A stretch of 64,000 bases of DNA from positions 186,001 through 250,000 of the IMG/VR virus record IMGVR_UViG_3300027541_000009, one strand, 5' to 3'. Shown here piece after piece: positions 30,656 through 40,464 of this stretch. The notes under the pieces were generated by a model. The model was not told where the DNA came from. It worked only from the letters and a program-made list of their open reading frames with translations, and did no database searches. The first letter of the stretch is position 1. Every line of letters starts with the position of its first letter. A program made the translations under genes and the position numbers.

Positions 30656-31009
30656 ATGACTTGGATCGATTACTACATTAACCACTGCTGGTTTACTGGT
30701 TGGCAAAACATTCGCGGATCATTTCGTATCTGGCGTGATTTGATTTCTGGAAACTATAAGGACTATGCGCTGATGTGGTATGACGACCCTTATGAAGAGT
30801 GTTTGTCTTGGTTTTGGCAATGTTTAGGTGATGACGATACTTTACCCAAGGAGTTTCTTGAGCATCTGCAGCAAATGGCAGAAGATGTAAAGACTGGTAA
30901 AGTTAAAACAATTCCATTTACCCTAGAAATGATTGATAAACTTGATGACCTTGTTGGTGATATTGAAGTTGATTTAAATGAAAAGTTACCCAATGAAGAC
31001 ATTACCTGA
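30656..31009 (+). CDS. Hypothetical protein
   Basis: 117 aa, TAATG-coupled. Confidence 0.7.
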   Translation: MTWIDYYINHCWFTGWQNIRGSFRIWRDLISGNYKDYALMWYDDPYEECLSWFWQCLGDDDTLPKEFLEHLQQMAEDVKTGKVKTIPFTLEMIDKLDDLVGDIEVDLNEKLPNEDIT

Positions 31010-31166
31010 TAAAAACGAATTGCGTATTATGTGGAGTGTTGCTACTTCATCCGCAATTGAATCTAGACAACCTGCATATGAAATCTTTGCCAATCTGTTG
31101 TATAATGATTTAAACGATAAAGAATTTCCTATTAAACTTGGGGAGAAGAGTGATGGGGATGTTTGA
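30993..31166 (+). CDS. Hypothetical protein, paralog of 21096..21254
   Basis: LPDKNELRIMWSVATS. Confidence 0.6.
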   Translation: MKTLPDKNELRIMWSVATSSAIESRQPAYEIFANLLYNDLNDKEFPIKLGEKSDGDV

Positions 31167-31545
31167 CTATTTGAGGTCTTCCTATGATCTTGGAGAACAA
31201 TTCACAAATGTAGAACTACACACCAAAGATATTGAAGACGGAATAGGTGGCACAATGTCTCACTATTGGTTAGACCCTCACGGATATTTGTATCATATTG
31301 ATTTCTCCCACACTGCAGACTTTGTAGAACTCAAAGAAGGTGATGAAGGATATGATTCTATACATCTGTGGTGTAACTTTAAGTGGGTTCCCAATGGCAA
31401 TCACGGAAAAATTAGTCCTTGTATGATTACCAAATATGTTGAGGTTTATCCTCCAACTTGGGACGGTGAATGGACTGACTGGCCTCGCTGTAAAATCCAC
31501 TTCAAGTATGGTAGACTTATGGACTATGAGTTTGGAACACGATGA
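31153..31545 (+). CDS. Hypothetical protein (MGMFDY...TKD family)
   Basis: MGMFDYL N-terminus, F..GRL C-terminus, a common phage family. Confidence 0.75.
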   Translation: MGMFDYLRSSYDLGEQFTNVELHTKDIEDGIGGTMSHYWLDPHGYLYHIDFSHTADFVELKEGDEGYDSIHLWCNFKWVPNGNHGKISPCMITKYVEVYPPTWDGEWTDWPRCKIHFKYGRLMDYEFGTR

Positions 31546-31859
31546 TTTCTACTGAACTGTTTCCTCATGAGAATCACCCATACCGATTAGAGTTTGGTGA
31601 AAAGAAAAATCCTACGGTTTGTTATTTTTCTTGCGAAGAACACTTGCAAAAATATCTAGAAAGGTATAGACTGGATAGTAAGACAACAAAGATTGATTAT
31701 CGTGATGGAAAACCCATTGAGTCCAGTAAAAAACACAAGAGAAGTGTGGAACAAAAGTCTAAACCAAAAAGTGACGGAAGTTCAAGTACAGTTCGCAAAC
31801 GAAAACCCAGCGTGGATTCCAATCGAAACACTACTCGCTCTACAAAGTCTAAAAAATGA
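31542..31859 (+). CDS. Hypothetical protein with basic tail
   Basis: ATGA-coupled. Confidence 0.65.
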   Translation: MISTELFPHENHPYRLEFGEKKNPTVCYFSCEEHLQKYLERYRLDSKTTKIDYRDGKPIESSKKHKRSVEQKSKPKSDGSSSTVRKRKPSVDSNRNTTRSTKSKK

Positions 31860-32139
31860 TACAGGTAATTGAAAATGAAGATGGATCTTTCGATATCTCC
31901 TGGGATGAAAATTCTCCTACGGAAAGTATTCTCAACACCTGGACTGAAAAAGACTTCATCAAAGTCATTATGGAACATCTTCAAAAACTGAAAGACGATG
32001 GATGATAAAACCAAACTCATTCTTGCTATGATGCAGATTGATAATCTTACTGAACTACTAAAAGGAAATCAGTATCAAGACTTTCTATACAGTAAACTAA
32101 TCTCCACACGAATTGAACTACAGAGGCAACTGAATCATT

Positions 32140-32358
32140 ATGAGTAAACAGTTTTATGACGACGATGCTTTTTATGTGGAGCAAAAAAGTTGGGGTACTT
32201 GGCAATCACATTATCCAGATGGTGGTGGGATTATCACATCACTAACTGAAGACCAATGTGTAACTGCTACTCGTTGGTATTTAAAAGCAAAACAAGACGG
32301 TGAGTTTGACAAATCACCTGATAAAACTTATGATTCAACTGTTGGAGGAAAACTATGA
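32140..32358 (+). CDS. Hypothetical protein (ends TVGGKL)
   Basis: 72 aa. Confidence 0.65.
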   Translation: MSKQFYDDDAFYVEQKSWGTWQSHYPDGGGIITSLTEDQCVTATRWYLKAKQDGEFDKSPDKTYDSTVGGKL

Positions 32359-32499
32359 CTATTCGCAATTTTGTAGATAAAAACGGCAATTCGTGGGAAT
32401 GGGTTGAGACAGAAGAGACTGTAAAAGCAGTTCAAGAACTTGCAAAGTTTGCTGGTAATTACAACGGACCTCTTTATGCACCACATCCTGATTTGAAAA

Positions 32500-32718
32500 A
32501 TGAACAATAAACCCCTAACGCCTGAAGAAGTACAGCAAGCAGCAGAACAATTCTTTCCTTTGTTTCGCATTGTTAATAGTCGTATGCCTACAAATGCCAC
32601 AACAGAAGACACGCTCAAGGTAATGGAAACGGTCTGTAATCTTGCACACAAACTTCGTTTAGAAGAAGAAAAGATTAAATTTGGATTCAATAAGAATGAA
32701 AATGCGACTGAATCCTAA
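32500..32718 (+). CDS. Hypothetical protein
   Basis: ATGA-coupled. Confidence 0.65.
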   Translation: MNNKPLTPEEVQQAAEQFFPLFRIVNSRMPTNATTEDTLKVMETVCNLAHKLRLEEEKIKFGFNKNENATES

Positions 32719-33022
32719 TCAACAATTTTGGGCAAATATCTTTCGTTGTGCTGTAGAAAGGTCTAACATTTACTTTAATGAAAAAGACCTCGATAGACAC
32801 GCAAGAGAGCATACAACTGTCGTATTAGCGTTACAAAAAGGAGAACAATTTTGGAAAGAACTGCTGTAGAATATCCCTATCATGTTCTTGATAAGACTAC
32901 TCCTTGGTATGAGTGGTTGTGTTACTGCGAAATCTGCCACCAATTAAATGCTCCAGGACAACCATCTTTGGGGCGTTTTATGTCATATAGGCGTTACTTA
33001 AAATCTGTTGGACTTCTTGATA

Positions 33023-33244
33023 ATGATTAGAAAATTTATTGAATGGTTTTTTACTTCAACAGAAATTTTTGTTGAAGATGATGTTTATTCAAAGTTACTT
33101 GAACTTGAATTGAGAATTGAAGCACTTGAAGCGGAAAGTGTAGAGAATAGCAATTGCTTTTATGAACTCTCTAATTCTATTGATGCAGTTGATGCACGCA
33201 TAGATATTCTGACTCTTGAAAATTGGAATAAAAACGATGTATGA
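33023..33244 (+). CDS. Hypothetical coiled-coil protein
   Basis: TAATG-coupled. Confidence 0.55.
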   Translation: MIRKFIEWFFTSTEIFVEDDVYSKLLELELRIEALEAESVENSNCFYELSNSIDAVDARIDILTLENWNKNDV

Positions 33245-33416
33245 ACTCGATGATTTTGAAAAGGCTCTTGCACACTTTGGCACAAGAGTCGATGTAATTA
33301 TTGCAATGGAAATGGGAGGCAAATTAGATGCTGACGCTGCTTACAAAAATATTAAAATGGAACTCAAGGAACTCAAACGAGTTCGAAAGTCTATCAAGAA
33401 AGACAAGGATTTGTGA
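33237..33416 (+). CDS. Hypothetical protein
   Basis: MYE.L..FE.AL.HFGTRV..I.AMEMGGK pattern. Confidence 0.6.
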   Translation: MYELDDFEKALAHFGTRVDVIIAMEMGGKLDADAAYKNIKMELKELKRVRKSIKKDKDL

Positions 33417-33526
33417 TAAGTGTGGAGTGGTGAAACCACTTGACAAAGACCACTATCAGGTGGTAAAATACTTCCGCGATGGTTTCTCTTACTATTGCCA
33501 CGATTGCTCTAAACACAAACCAAGAA

Positions 33527-34093
33527 ATGACTGACTTTGATTACAAAAAGTATTCTCTTGAGAATCTTGAAAATTGGATGCATGATGCAATGTCTTCTGG
33601 TGAAGCAACACCAAAAGAGATTTATGATGTAATTGTTGGTGTAGTAAAAGATAATTACTACACATATAAACAAAAAACATCTGAAGCATATGAACTTCTT
33701 GGACTTTTGAATAGTGGTGTTGATAATAACAAATATAAGGATTATCTAAATGAAATCTTGAGTTGTGATAAAGATAACTCTTCACCAGAGTGTAAAAGTG
33801 CTTGGGATGATTTTTGGGAAGATATTGATAATCGCTCAGAAAAATCCAAAGTCCATATAACTGAAGATGGAGACCTTTATCCAGTAAAAGATAGAGTAGT
33901 AAAGTGGCAACTTCCTGTTGAAGAATGTAAAGATACTGATACTGATGAGACAGAATATTTTATCAGTTTCCCTGATGATTTATTAGAAGCAGCAAATCTG
34001 AAGGAAGGTGATACTGTGGAGTGGATTGACCGTGGGGACGGTAGTTTTGAGTTGCGTAAAGTAACTAAACCACTTGGAATGGATGAGTGTTGA
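33527..34093 (+). CDS. Protein with C-terminal AbrB/MazE/SpoVT-like DNA-binding domain
   Basis: YFISFPDDLLEAANLKEGDTVEW.D.GDGSFELRK matches the AbrB-fold pattern; start ATG 33527. Confidence 0.7.
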   Translation: MTDFDYKKYSLENLENWMHDAMSSGEATPKEIYDVIVGVVKDNYYTYKQKTSEAYELLGLLNSGVDNNKYKDYLNEILSCDKDNSSPECKSAWDDFWEDIDNRSEKSKVHITEDGDLYPVKDRVVKWQLPVEECKDTDTDETEYFISFPDDLLEAANLKEGDTVEWIDRGDGSFELRKVTKPLGMDEC

Positions 34094-34270
34094 TGTATAC
34101 AATCAAACTTCTTGCACCCGCTGCTTTAATGTTATGTGCCGAAAGTGCATTATCTAATCAAGGATATTGTGCTCTTGACCAACCCAAACCATCTGTGGTA
34201 AGATACTACGAAGCTGGTAAGTCCTGTTATGTTGAAGGGACTTTTTACACTAAATGCGAGGACCGATTAA

Positions 34271-34495
34271 ATGGCACTAAGTAAACAAACTTTAGATCAT
34301 ATCTTGGAAGCAGAATCACATCTTCGTGCTGCTATTCGTGTTGCATCTACATCAGAAAAACCATTAGTTGTAAAACAACTGTCACAAGTTCTTCTTGATA
34401 TGGAAAACTGCAAAAAAATCGAAGAACTGATGGATATGTTGGAAGATAGAAAACCAGGAAGTCGTGGTAGTTTTGGTTCTTTCTTCAACGATTAA
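34271..34495 (+). CDS. Hypothetical protein
   Basis: 74 aa. Confidence 0.65.
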   Translation: MALSKQTLDHILEAESHLRAAIRVASTSEKPLVVKQLSQVLLDMENCKKIEELMDMLEDRKPGSRGSFGSFFND

Positions 34496-34588
34496 GAACT
34501 GTTAAACAATCCCAAAGAGAATATTAAGAAACCACACAACCCCCTTAAATAGTGTTAGGATATGGACATAATCACGGGAGCAAAACTT

Positions 34589-34753
34589 ATGACTCTTCCT
34601 TCAAAGGGAAATAAAAAACTTACAGACGAAGAGTTTAATGAAATGACTGCACTTAAAAATGTAATCAATCAACGCCCTGCTGCTGTAGTTCCTGAGAAGA
34701 TGGAGCAATTTACTGAGTATCTTGTGCGAAGTTTGAGAGAAAAGGGTGGTTGA
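34589..34753 (+). CDS. Hypothetical protein
   Basis: GGGAG SD; follows composite promoter at 34543. Confidence 0.6.
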   Translation: MTLPSKGNKKLTDEEFNEMTALKNVINQRPAAVVPEKMEQFTEYLVRSLREKGG

Positions 34754-34765
34754 GTTTCTGGGGGG

Positions 34766-34793
34766 TTGACAACCCTCTTTTTTATGCTATACT
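34766..34793 (+). promoter_or_regulatory. sigma70-type promoter of dam overlapping an upstream terminator; probably leaderless mRNA
   Basis: TTGACA-16 nt-TATACT (extended TG), ATG 7 nt downstream; GGGGGTT-GAC-AACCCTC-T6 hairpin. Confidence 0.7.
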
Positions 34794-34799
34794 TATCCA

Positions 34800-35651
34800 A
34801 TGAACAAAACTTTTCTTAAATGGGCTGGCAATAAAACAAGAGTTCTGCCCCATCTTATTCCCCATATTGGTTATCCAAAGCGTTATTGTGAACCCTTTGG
34901 TGGTAGTCTTGCTGTTGCTTTGAATACACCAGCACAGCAATATATCCTCAACGATGTGAATAAGGATTTGGTAGCAATCTATCAGAATTTGGTAAATCCA
35001 AATGATGATAGTTTCATTCAATACTGCGAAGAACTATTCACGCCAGAGAATAATACAAGAGAAGTATATTTGGAGTTGCGAGAGCACTTCAATCAAGCAA
35101 CAGATACTACAGAGAGAGCAAGGTTATTCATTTATTTGAATAAGCACTGTTTTAATGGACTATCAAGATATAATAGCAAAGGAATGTTTAATGTTCCTTA
35201 TGGTAGAGAAGTTGTAAATAAGGATACTGGGGAGAAAGAAATACAAAGTGCTTACTTTCCCAGAGAGGAAATGATGAACTTCAGGATGTATTTCTTATCC
35301 AAACAATTGGTGAGGTTCACATCACTTTCTTTTGAAGATTCATCTCTGTATGAGGATTTGGAAGCAGGTGATGTTGTCTACTTTGACCCACCGTATGTTC
35401 CTGCATCAAATACTGCAAATTTCACAAGTTATGCGACTGATGGATTTACTTCTGACCAACAAGTTCAGTTAGCACAACTTGCAGAATCTCTTTCATCTAA
35501 AGGTATCAAAGTGATTGTATCAAATCACGATGTTCCTATTACAAGAGAACTCTACAAAAATGCTACAATCTATCAAATTCAAGTAACTAGAACGATTGCT
35601 GCAAAAGGCGGCAGTAGGAAAAAAGCAAGTGAACTCATAGCAGTTTACTAA
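34800..35651 (+). CDS. dam: DNA adenine methyltransferase (Dam/D12 class)
   Basis: LKWAGNK, YCEPFGGS, LNDVN, YLNKHCFNGL.RYN..G.FNVPYG, VVYFDPPY, SNHD motifs. Confidence 0.93.
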   Translation: MNKTFLKWAGNKTRVLPHLIPHIGYPKRYCEPFGGSLAVALNTPAQQYILNDVNKDLVAIYQNLVNPNDDSFIQYCEELFTPENNTREVYLELREHFNQATDTTERARLFIYLNKHCFNGLSRYNSKGMFNVPYGREVVNKDTGEKEIQSAYFPREEMMNFRMYFLSKQLVRFTSLSFEDSSLYEDLEAGDVVYFDPPYVPASNTANFTSYATDGFTSDQQVQLAQLAESLSSKGIKVIVSNHDVPITRELYKNATIYQIQVTRTIAAKGGSRKKASELIAVY

Positions 35652-35697
35652 CTTGGATCCTCTAAAGTGTACCTATAATGTAAGCAACAAACTTGAA

Positions 35698-36111
35698 ATG
35701 TCCACCCGAGCACGAATCGGTCTTGAACTTAAGAATGGTTCTATTCTCTCTGTGTATCACCACTGGGATGGTTATCCTGAATGGTTGGGTCGTATCCTGA
35801 ACACTCATTACAACACTCGTCAGAAAGTTGCTGACTTGATTGATGGTGGTGATATGTCTTGCTGCTGGACTGATGACCGCTGGAATGATAGTGCAGTGAA
35901 GGGTGTTTATGGACCCAACTATTATTCTTATCGTAACGATGATTGTCCTCCTCGTCTTGATGCTGATTTGTGTGAGTATCTTCTGCCTGCTAATGGTGAA
36001 GAGTATGCCTATGTCTTCCGCAACGGTGAATGGGTGTGCTACAATATGAATTGTTATGAACAAAAACTTCCTGAAGTGATTGAAATCCCCTCTGCTGCGC
36101 TTGCTGTTTAA
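35698..36111 (+). CDS. Hypothetical protein (MSTRARIG..SVYHHWDGYP family)
   Basis: Widespread phage family motif YxHWDGYP...EEYAY; follows repeat copy 1. Confidence 0.8.
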   Translation: MSTRARIGLELKNGSILSVYHHWDGYPEWLGRILNTHYNTRQKVADLIDGGDMSCCWTDDRWNDSAVKGVYGPNYYSYRNDDCPPRLDADLCEYLLPANGEEYAYVFRNGEWVCYNMNCYEQKLPEVIEIPSAALAV

Positions 36112-36128
36112 TTCTTAGGTAAATTATT

Positions 36129-36536
36129 ATGAAACAACAAAACGGATTTATTGACCCTGCTGTTGCTGCTATTGCTGTCGGTGTGGTTGTGATTGGTGGT
36201 CTCATCTTTATTGGTGGTCCACAATATAATGTGTGGCAGCAATCTCTTGCTGGTAAAGCAGAGTTGCAAAAAGCAGAATACACTCGTCAGGTAGCAGTTC
36301 TTGAAGCACAAGCAAAGAAAGATAGTGCTCAACAACTTGCTGATGCTGAAATCATCCGTGCTACTGGTGTTGCTAAGGCAAACCAAATCATTGGTGATAG
36401 TCTGAAGGACAACCGTGAGTATCTTCAGTATCTTTACATTACTGGTCTTGAAGAAGGATCTAACAAAGGTAATGTGACCATCTATGTTCCCACCGAAGGT
36501 GGTATGCCTGTTCCTACTCTTCAAATGAGCAAATGA
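36129..36536 (+). CDS. Membrane-anchored SPFH/HflK-like coiled-coil protein
   Basis: TM helix, then AEIIRA.GVAKANQIIGDSL...YLQYL..YVPTE.GMP. Confidence 0.7.
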   Translation: MKQQNGFIDPAVAAIAVGVVVIGGLIFIGGPQYNVWQQSLAGKAELQKAEYTRQVAVLEAQAKKDSAQQLADAEIIRATGVAKANQIIGDSLKDNREYLQYLYITGLEEGSNKGNVTIYVPTEGGMPVPTLQMSK

Positions 36537-37019
36537 ACAAAAAGTACATTGTTGTTGGATTGATTGGTTTTGCAGTTATTCTTGGTTGGAATGTCTTTCT
36601 AATCCAGCGTGATGACAAAATGTATGATGCTTACTATCGCTCTAAGGCAATAGAGAATCTCAAGAAACCACCCTCTATAGAAATCAGATGAGTATTGTAC
36701 TCGGTGTAGCAATCTACGCAGCACTGGTTGCATTTGTATCCTCCATTATGCTATATTACTTAAAGGTAATGTATTCACGCGAAGAAGCAAAACTTAAGGA
36801 GAAATCCAAATGATCCCCAAACGACTCCGTGACCTTATTAAACAAGCAGAAATGGACAAAGTAGCAGAAGAGTTCTGGAAAGAAGTTGAGCGTGAAGCAG
36901 CGAAACTTGAGGTAACTGTTGACTACTATCTCGCTGAGTTTTACTAATGACTTTTATTCTTGGTATGGGAATCGGTATTCTTTTGACTGTAGGAGTTTCT
37001 TTTATAGTTGCTTCCGACA

Positions 37020-37048
37020 TTGACAATAACGACAACTAATCTTAAACT
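37020..37048 (+). promoter_or_regulatory. sigma70-type promoter
   Basis: TTGACA-17 nt-TAAACT. Confidence 0.65.
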
Positions 37049-37071
37049 TAAGAGGTAATTTACAAAGACAA

Positions 37072-37314
37072 ATGGCACAAAAGTTTCTTTACATCGTTGA
37101 CCACTACATTCCTTTTCCGTCCAGTGAATACGGTGGACTTTGGAATGTGATTGCGGAAAACGACAATGAATGTTTTGATTTGATTTCTGCAGAAGATTCT
37201 GACAATTTTTATGAGCAACACTATACTACTCTTCGTGAAAATGTGTTAAGCGCGAGGACTTATGCGCTTGCTGAGGATGTAGAATCTGCAGTAGTTGAAT
37301 CTTTTACAACCTGA
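37072..37314 (+). CDS. Hypothetical protein (VDH.IPFPSSEYGG)
   Basis: 80 aa after promoter. Confidence 0.7.
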   Translation: MAQKFLYIVDHYIPFPSSEYGGLWNVIAENDNECFDLISAEDSDNFYEQHYTTLRENVLSARTYALAEDVESAVVESFTT

Positions 37315-37470
37315 TGACTCACCACGTTACTCACACCAATAAAATGGTGTTTGATTTGAAGAAACAGTACCAAGAACGTATTGAACAACTGCAAAGTAAA
37401 ATTGCAGAACAAGAACACGAAATCTCACAACTGCAGAAACAAATTGAGTATATGTCGCGTGACAAGTTCT

Positions 37471-37752
37471 ATGATTGCTGAGTTTCCGCATAAAGCACCC
37501 GAAAATTATTATTATGAGTTCGAAGAGTTCAAGCGTGGAGTTATTGCTATATGGTTGTATTGCAATCGTAAGTTTGATTACAATAATGGTGCTCCCACAA
37601 GGACAATCTGGGGATTCTACAAATCCAAGACCAGAGAATACTTTGCCCCAATCAATAGTAAGACAGTTGGTGCTCGTGTAAATATCAACGACACGCGAAA
37701 CTATTCAGCAATGCCTATCAAGCAGTCTCCATTGGATGCGTTCTTTGTATGA
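37471..37752 (+). CDS. Hypothetical protein
   Basis: ATGA-coupled start 37471. Confidence 0.7.
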   Translation: MIAEFPHKAPENYYYEFEEFKRGVIAIWLYCNRKFDYNNGAPTRTIWGFYKSKTREYFAPINSKTVGARVNINDTRNYSAMPIKQSPLDAFFV

Positions 37753-38012
37753 CATACAAACCACAAGTCAATGATTATGTTGAATGGACAAAAGGTGTTG
37801 AAGGTTGGGTTTATTTTAGGGATGACGAATATGTTACGATTGAGTATGTTGTTCGTCCTAAAGACCAAGTAAACTATCACGCCTGCCCCATTCACGCAAA
37901 TGAAAGATTGCTTGTTGTTTGTTATAAAGAAGATTGGAAACATTTAAAGTATGTTAAATCAAGAAAATCAAGATATGAAGAAGAACAGAACTGTCTGGCG
38001 ATTGCTTGCTAA
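37749..38012 (+). CDS. Hypothetical protein
   Basis: ATGA-coupled. Confidence 0.65.
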   Translation: MTYKPQVNDYVEWTKGVEGWVYFRDDEYVTIEYVVRPKDQVNYHACPIHANERLLVVCYKEDWKHLKYVKSRKSRYEEEQNCLAIAC

Positions 38013-38241
38013 GGCACTTGGAGAAAAAGCAAGTAAATGTGATAAAGAAGCGGATAAGGTAGCACTTATCCGCCTTTTGATGTTTTTGAGCATTTTTATT
38101 ACCAACTGCTTCATTATCGCTAATGCAATTCGACATTGGAATGATGAGACTAAGATAGAAGTATTTGTTGAAACTTCTAGTATGCCAGAATATCAAACTC
38201 CACCTATGAGAGTTGCAAATAAACCCCTTGAGTTTGAGTAA
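37975..38241 (+). CDS. Hypothetical membrane protein (WR..AKALGEK..IRHW)
   Basis: TM segment. Confidence 0.65.
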   Translation: MKKNRTVWRLLAKALGEKASKCDKEADKVALIRLLMFLSIFITNCFIIANAIRHWNDETKIEVFVETSSMPEYQTPPMRVANKPLEFE

Positions 38242-38270
38242 CAATAAATAACTAAAAAGTTATTCATAAG

Positions 38271-38915
38271 ATGGACGCTCAAGACATTCGCAATCTTCAA
38301 GAAGCATATATGGAAGTTGTTGAAAACCAGCAACTTGATGAGATGCCATATCAAGTAATGGGTTCTCCTGATGGAAAGAAAGAGAAGAAGATTGGTAAAC
38401 CAGTAAAGAGTAGAAAGTATGCTGACGCAAGAGCAGCAGAACTTGAAGATACTCATAAAAAAACAGGTGGCAAATATCGTTCACAATATGTTGAGGATTA
38501 TGACCTATACGACATCATTCTTTCGCACCTTCTTGATGAAGGATATGCTGATACTGAACAAGCAGCAACGGCAATTATGGGGAATATGAGTGAAGAGTGG
38601 AGAGAGAGTATTATGATTGCTGAAGGAATGACTATGAAGGACTTCAAGGCAAATCGTCAGAAGAATAAGAGGAGATCTGCTTCTGCTGATGCTGAGAAGA
38701 GAGGTCATGTAGGTAAGGAATGGTATAACAGTGGTAGAAGATATTCTCCAGATGAAGCAAAGAGAAGTCGTGCAAATATGGATGATGAAGAAAGACGCAC
38801 GAGACATCGTAGTGCTGTAGATCCTGATAATGAGGATGATAATAACTACTCTGCAGATAAGACGAAGAATCCTAAGAAACTTCGTAAGCAAAAAGCAATG
38901 GGAGAATTAGGATAA
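38271..38915 (+). CDS. Late, highly charged protein; candidate internal head protein
   Basis: ATAAATA promoter at about 38244; LQEAY and LDE prohead-protease-like sites. Confidence 0.65.
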   Translation: MDAQDIRNLQEAYMEVVENQQLDEMPYQVMGSPDGKKEKKIGKPVKSRKYADARAAELEDTHKKTGGKYRSQYVEDYDLYDIILSHLLDEGYADTEQAATAIMGNMSEEWRESIMIAEGMTMKDFKANRQKNKRRSASADAEKRGHVGKEWYNSGRRYSPDEAKRSRANMDDEERRTRHRSAVDPDNEDDNNYSADKTKNPKKLRKQKAMGELG

Positions 38916-38916
38916 A

Positions 38917-39165
38917 ATGCTAACATTTAGAGAGTTCTACGAAATCTGCGAAGCAAAAAGACCAGACACTCCACCTCAAGCAGTTCCTGGAACTTACAAG
39001 AGGAGTGATACTGGTGTGCAAACTTATACTCTTCAAAGATATGAAGGTCCAGAAGGGAAACCAACAAAGAAAGAAGTTAATAAGTTAATTGTAAAGCGTA
39101 GTGGCGGAAAAGAAGTAACAAAGAGACTGAAAAAGTTAGCAAAATCTGTTAAAAAAATTGATTGA
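38917..39165 (+). CDS. Candidate internal head protein
   Basis: MLTFREFYEICEA N-terminus resembling T4 capsid-targeting sequence; basic body. Confidence 0.6.
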   Translation: MLTFREFYEICEAKRPDTPPQAVPGTYKRSDTGVQTYTLQRYEGPEGKPTKKEVNKLIVKRSGGKEVTKRLKKLAKSVKKID

Positions 39166-39205
39166 TTTTTACTTGGATCCTCTAAAGTGTACCTATAATG
39201 TAAGC

Positions 39206-39352
39206 ATGAAACAAATTATGGACTGCTTCGATGACATTCAAATTGAAGAATCTAATGGATTTGATTTTATTGAAAAAGATCTAACTGAACTCATTGAAGA
39301 ATCTAACGACTTCAATCTTAATGAGTATCTTAACTCCAACTATGATTACTGA
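39206..39352 (+). CDS. Small acidic hypothetical protein
   Basis: Follows repeat copy 2. Confidence 0.55.
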   Translation: MKQIMDCFDDIQIEESNGFDFIEKDLTELIEESNDFNLNEYLNSNYDY

Positions 39353-39412
39353 CAGTTTCTAAACTGTCCACCAAATCACCCACACAGAACACTTTTCCTT
39401 TATTATTCTCAA

Positions 39413-39613
39413 ATGACTGAACACATCCCCAACGTGCTCCCTCACATTCAAGAACTGAAAGATGCTTGGCGTCGTCAAGATTTTATCTTTACTAAGCAGC
39501 AACAAGAAGAATATGATTTGCTTCTTGCTACTCGCCGCGAACGTGTAAAGCAATTCTATACTGAAGGACGAGTATTCAAGGGTTCATATAAAGCAAAGGA
39601 AGTAGAGTTCTAA
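39413..39613 (+). CDS. Hypothetical protein
   Basis: ATG just after class-2 -10. Confidence 0.7.
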   Translation: MTEHIPNVLPHIQELKDAWRRQDFIFTKQQQEEYDLLLATRRERVKQFYTEGRVFKGSYKAKEVEF

Positions 39614-39640
39614 ATACTAAAAAGTAGTGTTTAGATAACA

Positions 39641-40249
39641 ATGAAAACCTTTCAGGAGTTTATGTCTATTTGCGAAGAAGTTGATGACAAGTCAAAAGCA
39701 CTTGGATTCCAAGCAACAATCAGAAAAGCAAGACCTGGCGGTCGTATTGGTGCTGAACGCAAAAAGACAACTCCTGAAAAACGCCGTATGAAAGCAGTTG
39801 GCGGTGGTAAAATGGAACCAGCAAAAGAATACAAACCACGCAAGGATATTGGAAAACCAAAGGGTTCACAAATTCAACAACCAGAACAAGAGCGTGGATC
39901 TGCTAGAGAAAGACAACTGGCAGCAGCAAAAGAGGAAAGAAGAAAAGCAGCACAGGCAAGAATTGCTGCTAAGAAAGGTGGAGAATCACCAGCACCAGCA
40001 GCAGAAAAACCAAAAGCAAAAGAAGTAGTAAAAGCAGCAACTAAACTTCTTTCTAAGAAGAAAGCAACAGCAGAACCCGCTCCTGGATACAAACCACAAA
40101 AAGCATCTGGTCTAAGCAGACAAGAAAGATTGCATGTTACAAGAAAGGGAGAACAGAAACTCCGCGATCTTGTAATTGCAGGAGAAAGAGAAAGAGGTAA
40201 AAACATTAAGAGTGAGAAAGACCTCCAACACCGATACACTTCTCGCTGA
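39641..40249 (+). CDS. Candidate internal head protein (K/R/A-rich)
   Basis: CTAAATA late promoter at 39610; MKTFQEFMSICEE similar to T4 capsid-targeting MKTYQEFIAE. Confidence 0.7.
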   Translation: MKTFQEFMSICEEVDDKSKALGFQATIRKARPGGRIGAERKKTTPEKRRMKAVGGGKMEPAKEYKPRKDIGKPKGSQIQQPEQERGSARERQLAAAKEERRKAAQARIAAKKGGESPAPAAEKPKAKEVVKAATKLLSKKKATAEPAPGYKPQKASGLSRQERLHVTRKGEQKLRDLVIAGERERGKNIKSEKDLQHRYTSR

Positions 40250-40308
40250 TACTTACTTGGATCCTCTAAAGTGTCCCTATAGTATAAGCACTCAAACGAA
40301 ACAACATT

Positions 40309-40464
40309 ATGCTCTGGCAAGACCGCAACGGTAACTGGTTCAGCACTGTTTCTCCTATCGACATGAAAATTGAGCGAGCAATGATTGAAGCAAACGCTAA
40401 CAAAGTCTGGGAAGAAAAAGAGCGTTCTGGTGATTGGTTGTTTGATGAAATGTTTGGCGGTTGA
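40309..40464 (+). CDS. Hypothetical protein (51 aa)
   Basis: Read manually, between repeat copy 3 and a class-2 promoter. Confidence 0.6.
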   Translation: MLWQDRNGNWFSTVSPIDMKIERAMIEANANKVWEEKERSGDWLFDEMFGG

